This document shows, piece after piece, positions 1-7,375 of a stretch of DNA of 64,000 nt; positions within the stretch are counted from its first letter, which is position 1, and every line of letters begins with the position of its first letter. The DNA is from Candidatus Peregrinibacteria bacterium. Lineage in GTDB: Bacteria > Patescibacteriota > Gracilibacteria > UBA1369 > JABINC01. Both the position numbers and the translations under genes were made by a program. Location of the stretch: the NCBI GenBank assembly GCA_018697675.1, contig JABINC010000075.1, positions 7,496 to 71,495 of the forward strand, read 5' to 3'. The notes beneath the pieces were generated by a model. It was not told the origin of the DNA, did not search any database, and saw only the letters and a list, made by a program, of their open reading frames with translations.

Positions 1-387
1 ATGATTTTTGTAAATCAAGGTAAGGGGAGTAAAGATAGAATGCTCCCTATGAACGCACGTTTGCATACAATACTTTCTGAGTACATGCGTGATAGGGAAC
101 GATTAGGAGAAGAATCTATACACTTTTTCATCTCACTTACTCGAGGTAAGCCGTTTGGAGAGAGAGGCATCACTAACCTTATTTGCAAGCTCAAGAAGCT
201 TACAGGCGTCTATTTCTCATCTCATATGCTTCGTCATACGTTTGCTACGTTGATGCTTGAAGGTGGATGTGATATCTATACACTCTCAAAACTCATGGGA
301 CATGCAAAAATCACAACGACTACTATTTATCTGAGTTGTTCTAACGCTCAGATGGGTAAATCTATTGAGATGCACGTGTTGAATTAA
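1..387 (+). CDS. Tyrosine recombinase/integrase, C-terminal part (5' end outside window)
   Basis: ORF open at the window edge. Catalytic motifs HMLRHTFAT (HxxR) and LMGHAKITTTTIYL (nucleophile Tyr) of the XerC/D-phage integrase family. Confidence 0.85.
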   Translation: MIFVNQGKGSKDRMLPMNARLHTILSEYMRDRERLGEESIHFFISLTRGKPFGERGITNLICKLKKLTGVYFSSHMLRHTFATLMLEGGCDIYTLSKLMGHAKITTTTIYLSCSNAQMGKSIEMHVLN

Positions 388-388
388 C

Positions 389-781
389 CTAAAGTATAAT
401 AGTTAAACTGCCTCCTCCTGGAGTGGGAGATGTCAATGTCTCTCTTTCGGGTATTTCCACTCCGTGTTCTTCTAAACAGTCTCGTTCTACCCTCATTCCA
501 GCACGAAGTGGAGCGAGATCAATTGATGATGTGCTGATATCAAGTGTAGAAAAAGCTTCTCTTACTTCTGCGACAGCCCTTCTAGCCCTTTCTCTACAAA
601 TTTCTTTTGTATCTGGTGCTGTCGCCATGATTTCTTCAGAAACTTGTTCAGGTTCAGTGCTGTTAGCATCTGCGACTTGTATTTCTTCAGTTCTTGCGTC
701 GTTGGGATTGTCTACGTCAGCTGGTGAGCAGGCTGCTAATCCAAGTGCAAGTGCAAAACCTAATGCTTGCTTTAAAGCCAT
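389..781 (-). CDS. Small hypothetical lipoprotein
   Basis: 130-aa ORF with signal peptide plus lipobox (LALGLAAC). Noticeably GC-richer than its neighbours. A 134-aa ORF on the opposite strand (423..827) overlaps it and cannot be excluded. Confidence 0.45.
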   Translation of the reverse strand: MALKQALGFALALGLAACSPADVDNPNDARTEEIQVADANSTEPEQVSEEIMATAPDTKEICRERARRAVAEVREAFSTLDISTSSIDLAPLRAGMRVERDCLEEHGVEIPERETLTSPTPGGGSLTIIL

Positions 782-883
782 AATAAATTATTATTTGTAT
801 TACTTGCATCTAGATTACTCTCACTGAAATCGCTTTGCAATAAGTTTAGATTGTTGTTTTAACGAAATGGGTTTTTTAAATTG

Positions 884-1816
884 TCAAAGATTAGAATCAT
901 TATCGTTATTTTTCATAAACTCATCCATTGCTCTGCTTGTTGCATCAGTTAAACAACAGCTTCTTTCAATGTAAGTTCTTGTTGTTGATTCTCTTGTATG
1001 ACCAAGATGTCGTCCGATTTCTTTTAGTGATAAGCCTTGTTTATTGAGGTATGTAGCAACAAATCTTCTAAAGCCATATGCCGTTACTCTAAATCCAAGT
1101 TCTTCAGACAACCTTCTAAACAAACCTCTCATTCCTTTCTCAGTCCATTTGGAGGTCTTAGATGATGAGATAAATAAAAAGTTTTCATTCTCACGTAGTT
1201 TCGCTCGATGATCTCTGTATGTTTCAAAAGAATCACGAAGCCATGATGGGCATGGGTAGTAGCGTGGTCTACCTTTTTGTTTTCGACCTTTTATAATTAT
1301 TTTATATGTTCCATCTTTAGCTTTTATGATGTGCTGCATTTCGACATTTAATAATTCACATGGTCGAGCCCCTGTAAAGCGTAGCAAATCGATGAAAAAT
1401 ACGTTTCTATAACGCTGTAGCCTTGTTTGTTGTCTCATGTGTACCTGAGCAATAACCTTCATTACCTGCTCTTCTGAGAGAGTATATTGTTCCTTTTGTT
1501 CTTCGGTACACCTTTGAATGCTGCCAAGATCATTTTCTTTTATATATTTTCTTTTCTTCAGCCATATGAAGTAGGTGTTTAAGTTTTTCAAATATGAATT
1601 TAGGGTTACTCCACTCCAGTTTCGTTCATCTTTCATTTCGTACAGGGTATCCTCTAAGAGGATTGAGTCATTGCAATCCTCAATAGTTTTTATGACGGTG
1701 TTTCTTACTATAAATTTTAATGCATCCTTTACGCTTCTAACAGTCACTTCACTCTTTCCAGAGCGTAGGTATTTCTCTTTGAATTCTTCGAAATGTTCGA
1801 GCAGGGGAGTTGCCAT
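884..1816 (-). CDS. Tyrosine recombinase/integrase
   Basis: 310 aa. N-terminal SAM-like core-binding region, then TGARPCEL (Arg), GFRRFVATYL and HLGHTRESTTRTYIE (His/Tyr) of the phage-integrase catalytic domain. Confidence 0.85.
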   Translation of the reverse strand: MATPLLEHFEEFKEKYLRSGKSEVTVRSVKDALKFIVRNTVIKTIEDCNDSILLEDTLYEMKDERNWSGVTLNSYLKNLNTYFIWLKKRKYIKENDLGSIQRCTEEQKEQYTLSEEQVMKVIAQVHMRQQTRLQRYRNVFFIDLLRFTGARPCELLNVEMQHIIKAKDGTYKIIIKGRKQKGRPRYYPCPSWLRDSFETYRDHRAKLRENENFLFISSSKTSKWTEKGMRGLFRRLSEELGFRVTAYGFRRFVATYLNKQGLSLKEIGRHLGHTRESTTRTYIERSCCLTDATSRAMDEFMKNNDNDSNL

Positions 1817-1906
1817 ATGTTCTTTTACTTTGTTTTACGAAAGCATAAAAACATTTCTATTTTTACCTGTATAATAATTATTCTTTTAAAAGAATAATTT
1901 ATCCCT

Positions 1907-2527
1907 TTATAGAGACTCTATTATCTTTGAGATTTCCTTTATAGATGTGTTAAATCGTACATATTCATATGTTGCACAATTTGGGAATTTTTTTGCTAAT
2001 GACAATTTATCATCAAAAATTTCTTTAGCTTTCTTGCCTTCAATTTTGTTTAATCTATAGAGTTCTAAGTCTAAATCTATATTTGGACTTCCTTTGTAGA
2101 CAAATGCTTCGTTTTTTAAATTATCGAAGCTTTGTATTTTTTTATTGATGGAGCTGTATGCATTATCCCATTCTTTTTTACTCATGTGATCATGGACTAC
2201 AATTACTACGCTTGGCTCAGTAGTTACTATTTCAACTGGTCTTTTTTCAGATGCTATTTCACAGCAGATCATTCTATACTTTTCATCCCCACAACCTATT
2301 AGGTATGCAAATACAAAGGTTTGGTTTTCTTTTGTAACTGGAATGAAAAAGTTTTTCATTAAGCTTTCTATTTCTGTTTGAAAAGTTTCTTGGTTTTTAT
2401 TTCCAGTTCCATGTCGTTTGAGGAAATTCTTTTTCTCTTTTTCAAAGTTTTTTGAAGAACGATCAAGCGTTCTTACGTATTTGATTAGGGCAGGACTCAC
2501 ATTTCCCTTTATTAAAGATGATACCAT
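1907..2527 (-). CDS. Hypothetical protein
   Basis: 206-aa ORF with no recognisable motif. Sits downstream of the 36-bp tandem repeats. Confidence 0.5.
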   Translation of the reverse strand: MVSSLIKGNVSPALIKYVRTLDRSSKNFEKEKKNFLKRHGTGNKNQETFQTEIESLMKNFFIPVTKENQTFVFAYLIGCGDEKYRMICCEIASEKRPVEIVTTEPSVVIVVHDHMSKKEWDNAYSSINKKIQSFDNLKNEAFVYKGSPNIDLDLELYRLNKIEGKKAKEIFDDKLSLAKKFPNCATYEYVRFNTSIKEISKIIESL

Positions 2528-2605
2528 TTGGCTTGTTTAACTTGCCAGCATCATATCATAGTTGACCGAGGGTGTCCCCCTCTAACTCTTGGCTGACCTT
2601 TCCTC

Positions 2606-2702
2606 TTTTTTATCGTGTAAGAAAACCCCTAATTTACTCCCTTTTTTATCGTGTGAGAAAACCCCCAATTTGCCCCCTTTTTTTATCGTGTAACAAAAGT
2701 CC
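2606..2702. repeat. Three tandem 36-bp direct repeats (third copy truncated/diverged)
   Basis: Unit 1 (2606-2641) is TTTTTTATCGTGTAAGAAAACCCCTAATTTACTCCC. Unit 2 (2642-2677) is TTTTTTATCGTGTGAGAAAACCCCCAATTTGCCCCC, 32/36 identical. Unit 3 (2678-2702) is TTTTTTTATCGTGTAACAAAAGTCC. The units are contiguous with no spacers. Confidence 0.85.
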
Positions 2703-2760
2703 TTTTTTGGCTTAAAACAATCTTTTCTTATTGGGTGAAAAAAGCCTTGTTTTTTTAAGA

Positions 2761-3570
2761 CTATTCTAAGATTTCTAAGACCTCTCCAGTTAATGAAACT
2801 TTTGCTTTTATCGTATTCATAATTAATCCTCCAAAAGCATTTTTACCTCTAAATGTTGTTTCAACAACTATGTGACCATTCATGTTCCAGTATGAGGTTT
2901 TTACATGTTCGTAACTTCCAGGGTCATTCATGGACTCTTTTATTGAGCGAGTTAGTTTAATGTGTGACCCATCCCATGCACTAAATTGAGCTTCAATTAA
3001 TTCTTTCCGCTTTTCTTTTTCAGCGATTGCGAGAGTCAAAGTTCTTATCTCAGTATTATTCTCAAGCTTATTTATGAAGCGTTGGTTTAATTCTGTATTT
3101 TGAAAATAAGTTGTTGTTAACTCTTTCTTGTTAAGAAGTTCAAAGTCACTATCTGACATCTCTACTAATGTTCGTTCTAGAAACTCTTCAGATTGGAAGT
3201 TTAAAATTTCATTCTCTAAAGCAAATGCTGGATTGGTGCTTTTAGAAGAATTGAGTATTTCAGATTGATCCAAAGCAGTTAATGCTTCATTGAGCTTGTC
3301 TTCAGAAATATAGCTTTGAGCTTGCGTTACAAGGCTCGTAGCCTCTTCTCTTCTTTCATTTGACCCAATGCTACCTGAAAATAAAATAATGGCACACAAG
3401 AGAGTAATAGCTATTTTTACCCATTTATTCCATTTTGTTTTTGTCCATACGAGATATGGTACGGTGATTGGGAATAAAGATATGACCAAAAGGATTCCCC
3501 ACCATTTTTTATACCAAGGTTTTGAAGTAGTTTGTGTGTGTTCCATATTTTTCAGGTTAAGTTTTAACAA
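2761..3570 (-). CDS. Membrane-anchored protein with coiled-coil region and conserved C-terminal globular domain
   Basis: 269 aa. Two N-terminal hydrophobic helices (WWGILLVISLFPITVPYLVW, VKIAITLLCAIILFSG). C-terminal FSAWDGSH...NDPGSYEH...FRGKNAFGG domain. True start may be the internal ATG (MEHTQ) at 3544-3546. Confidence 0.6.
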   Translation of the reverse strand: MLKLNLKNMEHTQTTSKPWYKKWWGILLVISLFPITVPYLVWTKTKWNKWVKIAITLLCAIILFSGSIGSNERREEATSLVTQAQSYISEDKLNEALTALDQSEILNSSKSTNPAFALENEILNFQSEEFLERTLVEMSDSDFELLNKKELTTTYFQNTELNQRFINKLENNTEIRTLTLAIAEKEKRKELIEAQFSAWDGSHIKLTRSIKESMNDPGSYEHVKTSYWNMNGHIVVETTFRGKNAFGGLIMNTIKAKVSLTGEVLEILE

Positions 3571-3574
3571 AAAG

Positions 3575-3709
3575 GGGCTACGAGGTCGCCCACAATCACT
3601 TGCTCACTAGGAGTAGCCGATATGGCTCGTAGCCCGTCTCTACCCATATCGGGGTACAGAAACGGACAGTTTCCCTAGTGAAAAAAACTATGATTGTGTG
3701 CGACAATCA
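3575..3709 (-). ncRNA. Candidate structured cis-regulatory leader / ncRNA (nested stems plus pseudoknot to the start region of the 2761..3570 gene)
   Basis: Hand pairing gives four stems. S1: 3585-3598 with 3691-3704 (13/14 bp). S2: 3604-3611 with 3674-3681 (8 bp). S3: 3617-3625 with 3644-3652 (9 bp). S4: 3659-3663 with 3669-3673. The S3 loop (3626-3635) is perfectly complementary (10 nt) to 3575-3584, next to the start codon. A competing hairpin exists at 3691-3709. Confidence 0.4.
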
Positions 3710-3743
3710 GATACTACAAAAAAGCCTTTATAACAGCAAGTAA

Positions 3744-4931
3744 TTATCTATTTTCAAGATAAACTTCTAAGTTAAAGTCATCATCTTTAGGTACAAATTC
3801 TTCTAGGATGTATATATTGAGCATAACTCTTGCTAAAATGAATGCTTCTAGAAATGAGCATGGCATGAGATTAGGGTACCAATCTTGGTTAAACCGGTTA
3901 TGTGGATGAACGTAATCAGTTCTTTCATCATAGCATTCTTTTAGCCAAGTTGCGTAAGGGCATCCAAAGTTTTTTATTAACAAGTCGTCCAAATCTGCAA
4001 TTTTTTCTAATTCATATTTTTCCATTAAAAGTTTCGTGACACCATCTAGGCAGAAACACAGTAATGCATTAGCTTCTTCATGTAGAATTAGATGGTTTTT
4101 GAAGGCGCATGCCTTTGTATAGTAATACAGGCACCTCATTAGTACTCCGTTTGAAGTGTCAATTTTCTTCATTAGTTTTTCACATCTATCTTCTTCATCC
4201 TTTGCTAGTTTATTTGTGCAAAACTTTCCTTTTGAACCTTCCGAATGAAAGATCGAAATTTTATTTAGGAGAGTTATAGTTTTTTTAATTTCTTTTACTG
4301 TGTTTTGATCTAGCTCTTTCGAATTAAGATCGTAAAAATCTGCATTAAGGTAGTACTCGTTATCTCCTATGAAAAAGTTGTACTCTCCTTCATCTCTTGC
4401 AAGATTTAGAGCGGAGATCAGCTTTATTGATGACTTTTGCATCCTACAAAGACCTCCATCAGCATCCTCTTCGTCTATCATACCAAAGAATGATCTTTTA
4501 CCAGCTGTAAGTAAGTAGGGCACTCCGTTATTTACAATAAATGCACTTTTTGTTGTTATAAATTCTTTTTGTGGAATCGTGCTAGTGCCAAAGCTTGAGA
4601 ACGATTCTAAGGTATTTATAAGCACTCCCAATTTTTTACTACTCGATAATTTCTTTGATCTTTTTACTTTGATCTTATTCCAAGCTTCGTTAAATTTTTG
4701 ACGTATATCCCCTTGTTTACTTCTATCATTTTCGACATCATCAAGAAAGTTATCAAACATTAATCTTTGAATATTCTTGTCTTTGTTTCGGATAATTTTT
4801 TTCATTATCCCATCTTCTATCTTAAAGTGTTTGCCCGCTAGAATATACCTTTCATCAAGGGCTTTGATAATGTCTTTTTTGTTTTTTAGACTCTCTATTT
4901 TCTCGACTAATTTATAAAGCTCTTCTTTCAT
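3744..4931 (-). CDS. Hypothetical protein with C-terminal Rx4H (HEPN-like) motif
   Basis: 395-aa ORF. Helical C-terminal region contains ERTDYVH (nt 3906-3923), matching the Rx4-6H HEPN signature. No other family motif recognised. Confidence 0.55.
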   Translation of the reverse strand: MKEELYKLVEKIESLKNKKDIIKALDERYILAGKHFKIEDGIMKKIIRNKDKNIQRLMFDNFLDDVENDRSKQGDIRQKFNEAWNKIKVKRSKKLSSSKKLGVLINTLESFSSFGTSTIPQKEFITTKSAFIVNNGVPYLLTAGKRSFFGMIDEEDADGGLCRMQKSSIKLISALNLARDEGEYNFFIGDNEYYLNADFYDLNSKELDQNTVKEIKKTITLLNKISIFHSEGSKGKFCTNKLAKDEEDRCEKLMKKIDTSNGVLMRCLYYYTKACAFKNHLILHEEANALLCFCLDGVTKLLMEKYELEKIADLDDLLIKNFGCPYATWLKECYDERTDYVHPHNRFNQDWYPNLMPCSFLEAFILARVMLNIYILEEFVPKDDDFNLEVYLENR

Positions 4932-4946
4932 TATTGATTGTTACGG

Positions 4947-5735
4947 TTACGGGCAAACCTTTGAACGTTCACACCAACTGTTTTTTGCTTCAGTGTTAAT
5001 TTTTTCCTCAAGACACTGTGTTGTTGGTTGTTCATTTGGACACAAGCTGATAATGCAATTTGAGCCTTCTGCACAAGTATATTCTATTTCTACCGAGTCA
5101 ACCTTTATACCACCGAATTTTCCATCCTTATTGAATGGAGCTACTAGTAGACGTGTGACAGTAGGTGGGTTTAGAGCCATTGCTTGCCAAAATTTTACTA
5201 ACTTTGTTGATTGCTGTGTTGCTTGAAACTCTTTTTTACTTGTTGCTAAGCTCGCACCATTAATTAGGTCAACGCTTATATCAAAGCCTGTATCTTTCGT
5301 GAATACTCCACCATTTTTTCTAGTTGCATCAATATCAAGTTTGTCACTTTGTGCTCTGACGGCGTTTAGTGTTCCACTTTCTGTTCCAAAGTTTATGGAT
5401 ACAAAATGTTCATTATCACTCAGTACGGCACCATGCGCCTTTAGTATTGCGCTACTAAACTCCCCTCCTACTACAACCTTTAATGATTCTTTATTATATA
5501 TTTCAGAGCTGTATACGTTTTGCGATGGTGTATAGCTTTCTGTTAGCAATGTTGTGCTACTAGGCGTTGGCAGTTCTGGTGTTTCTGGTATTGGTGGTAC
5601 TTCCATTTCTGGCACATTTGCTAAATTGAAATCAACCATGATATCGATTGTTTTTAAAAAGCTCCAAGCTATGAAAAGAATTATTCCTATACTTGCTAGT
5701 ATTGCTAAAATTCCTGATAAAGTTTTATTTTTCAT
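4947..5735 (-). CDS. Hypothetical secreted/membrane-anchored protein, Cys-rich C-terminus
   Basis: 262 aa. N-terminal hydrophobic anchor (LSGILAILASIGIILFIAWSF), Pro-rich linker, and several Cys in the last ~60 aa. Confidence 0.55.
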   Translation of the reverse strand: MKNKTLSGILAILASIGIILFIAWSFLKTIDIMVDFNLANVPEMEVPPIPETPELPTPSSTTLLTESYTPSQNVYSSEIYNKESLKVVVGGEFSSAILKAHGAVLSDNEHFVSINFGTESGTLNAVRAQSDKLDIDATRKNGGVFTKDTGFDISVDLINGASLATSKKEFQATQQSTKLVKFWQAMALNPPTVTRLLVAPFNKDGKFGGIKVDSVEIEYTCAEGSNCIISLCPNEQPTTQCLEEKINTEAKNSWCERSKVCP

Positions 5736-6162
5736 TTTCTATTTGTGGGTTAAAGTTTTTAAGTGGACCATACCAAACTAGCCATGTGAGTAATTTACAC
5801 AGTGGCATTGTCAAAAGTGATACCATAACTAGATATCTTGAGAATTTAATATTTTTTTCAAACTCGTTTAAGAACCCTTTGATTATAAAAAAAATAGCAT
5901 TTATTGCTCCAAACAATAGCGTGACCATGAAACCTGCTGTTGTAGCAATACTTTCGTATGATCCGCCAGTTTTCATTATTAGTATTTGGCTTATTATTGG
6001 GAGAAAGACCCAAAATGATAGCCAAATACCAGATACTTCCACTGATATCACAGATAGTATTTTCCAAATCTTAGGTCTTATAGGTTCTTCAAGTAAAAAA
6101 TCATTTGTTGCGGAAAGAAAGGACTTTAGTTTTTCTAAATGTAAAAACATTTTTCTATTCAT
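5725..6162 (-). CDS. Hypothetical integral membrane protein
   Basis: 145 aa with 3-4 hydrophobic helices. Overlaps the downstream gene by 11 nt, suggesting an operon. Shadow ORFs exist on both strands in this AT-rich stretch. Confidence 0.45.
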   Translation of the reverse strand: MNRKMFLHLEKLKSFLSATNDFLLEEPIRPKIWKILSVISVEVSGIWLSFWVFLPIISQILIMKTGGSYESIATTAGFMVTLLFGAINAIFFIIKGFLNEFEKNIKFSRYLVMVSLLTMPLCKLLTWLVWYGPLKNFNPQIENEK

Positions 6163-6216
6163 TTTTTTTAATTTTACATTTTGAACAGTACTATTTTTTT
6201 TACCTCTCGTCTATTA

Positions 6217-6245
6217 TTGATATTTTCATTCGATTGTCTTATATT
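6217..6245 (+). promoter_or_regulatory. Sigma70-like promoter of RNA module copy 1
   Basis: TTGATA (6217-6222), 17-nt spacer, TATATT (6240-6245). The conserved block starts 7 nt downstream, at A6252. Confidence 0.5.
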
Positions 6246-6251
6246 AAATCT

Positions 6252-6380
6252 ACTTCGGGTGTACCCCTCCAGTACTTTTGGGATTTGGAAAGGTGCCCTC
6301 AAAACATCGGCTTTTATAAGCCAAAAGCAGTTACCTTTTTAGCACTTCTAGACATGGTAAATATAGGGGGCAGTTTTTTT
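6252..6380 (+). ncRNA. RNA-like module copy 1 (no tRNA-like end)
   Basis: 6252-6360 is 107/109 identical to 7376-7484. It is followed by ATAGGGGGCAG plus a T-run. ACCCCT at the 5' side can pair with AGGGG(G) near 6364-6369. No credible ORF or SD. Confidence 0.4.
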
Positions 6381-6410
6381 CTCATGTCTAAATTTGTAAA
6401 GCGGTTAGCT

Positions 6411-7277
6411 TTAATAATTATTGACCGCTTCTTTTAACTCTTCTACAAATGATGGATCTTCTAAAAATTTTCTATAGCTGAAGAATTCAAAATTCTTGGG
6501 TTTTAATATTTGTGTAAGGCGAATTGGACTACCCATTATGTGATATCCTCCAGCAAGCATTTCTTCACCAAGTACCGTAGTGGTGAAAGTATCATCCCCT
6601 TGAGTAAAGGGTTCTGATGGTTCCATGCCCCATGGTAAAAACATTGAATCTTGATCATCGTCCATGAGAGCGATTCCCCCCTTCTTTAGTACTCTTTTTG
6701 TAAATTCAATTGCTTCTTTTCTATGTTCCGGGGTCATGTGATCTAATACTTGAAATGACATTACAACGTCTATGCTTTCCGCGGGAACGTCATTATTTGT
6801 TACATCTTCAAACTTCTCAGAAACTACTTGGATTCCATCTTGAGGCATGGCAAAAGGGTCAACGTTGATACATTCCACATACTTTCCAAGCACAGGATGA
6901 TTTTGCAATGTTCTCATGCAGGTTGACTTCACTCCTCCGCCAAGGTCAAGAACTCTTACTTTTTCACTCGGATTTTCTCTGACCTTTGTGAGTATGCTTG
7001 CTGTAAACTTGAGGGAAGAGTAAAGATCAATAAGCCTGAAATCTCTTCCGGTGAGTCGAAATGCTTCGGCTATTTCACCCCTTGTATCTACGCGATAGGC
7101 GTATAGACCTAGTTGTTCAACTTGTGTAAGTGCAAAACCTTCTAAGTCACCATGAGGGGTGGATACATCATCTGGAGTTACGGCATGTTCACCAGTGGCT
7201 GACATTGTAATATCAAGTCCAGAGCAGCTAAAATAAAGAGGATTATCAATTTTCATATTTTCTTTTAAAGATCGCAT
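6411..7277 (-). CDS. Class I SAM-dependent methyltransferase
   Basis: 288 aa. Motif I VLDLGGGVKS, post-I/II acidic residues and GGIALMDD-type motif. N-terminal ~100 aa unassigned. Confidence 0.8.
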   Translation of the reverse strand: MRSLKENMKIDNPLYFSCSGLDITMSATGEHAVTPDDVSTPHGDLEGFALTQVEQLGLYAYRVDTRGEIAEAFRLTGRDFRLIDLYSSLKFTASILTKVRENPSEKVRVLDLGGGVKSTCMRTLQNHPVLGKYVECINVDPFAMPQDGIQVVSEKFEDVTNNDVPAESIDVVMSFQVLDHMTPEHRKEAIEFTKRVLKKGGIALMDDDQDSMFLPWGMEPSEPFTQGDDTFTTTVLGEEMLAGGYHIMGSPIRLTQILKPKNFEFFSYRKFLEDPSFVEELKEAVNNY

Positions 7278-7340
7278 CTTACCATCTTTTTATCGTTTGA
7301 CAAGATTTGTTTATGATTTCGATATCACGCTTTTGAGAAT

Positions 7341-7369
7341 TTGTATAAAAGGTTTTGAATTGGTATACT
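7341..7369 (+). promoter_or_regulatory. Extended -10 promoter of RNA module copy 2
   Basis: TTGTAT (7341-7346), 17-nt spacer including TGG, TATACT (7364-7369), i.e. TGGTATACT. The conserved block starts 7 nt downstream, at A7376. Confidence 0.5.
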
Positions 7370-7375
7370 TTATTT

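Noticed and set aside
423-827. 134-aa plus-strand ORF overlapping the 389..781 lipoprotein ORF
   Set aside because: It is Ser/Leu/Ala-rich with no start context. The minus-strand ORF has a proper signal peptide and lipobox. The choice remains uncertain and confidence is kept low.
2606-2702. 36-bp direct repeats as a possible CRISPR array
   Set aside because: The units are contiguous with no spacers, there are only three copies, the last is truncated, and no cas genes are in the window.
3575-3709. The structured element as a retron msr/msd or a type III antitoxin RNA
   Set aside because: No reverse transcriptase (no YxDD-containing ORF) and no tandem RNA repeats are adjacent. The flanking genes are a membrane protein and an unassigned 395-aa protein.
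5693-6437. Plus-strand ORFs 5693..6184 and 6105..6437, and minus-strand ORF 5858..6067
   Set aside because: These are low-complexity F/I/L/S-rich translations of very AT-rich DNA. 6105..6437 only stays open because it runs through the RNA-like module. The minus-strand 145-aa membrane ORF, with translational coupling to the next gene, is preferred.
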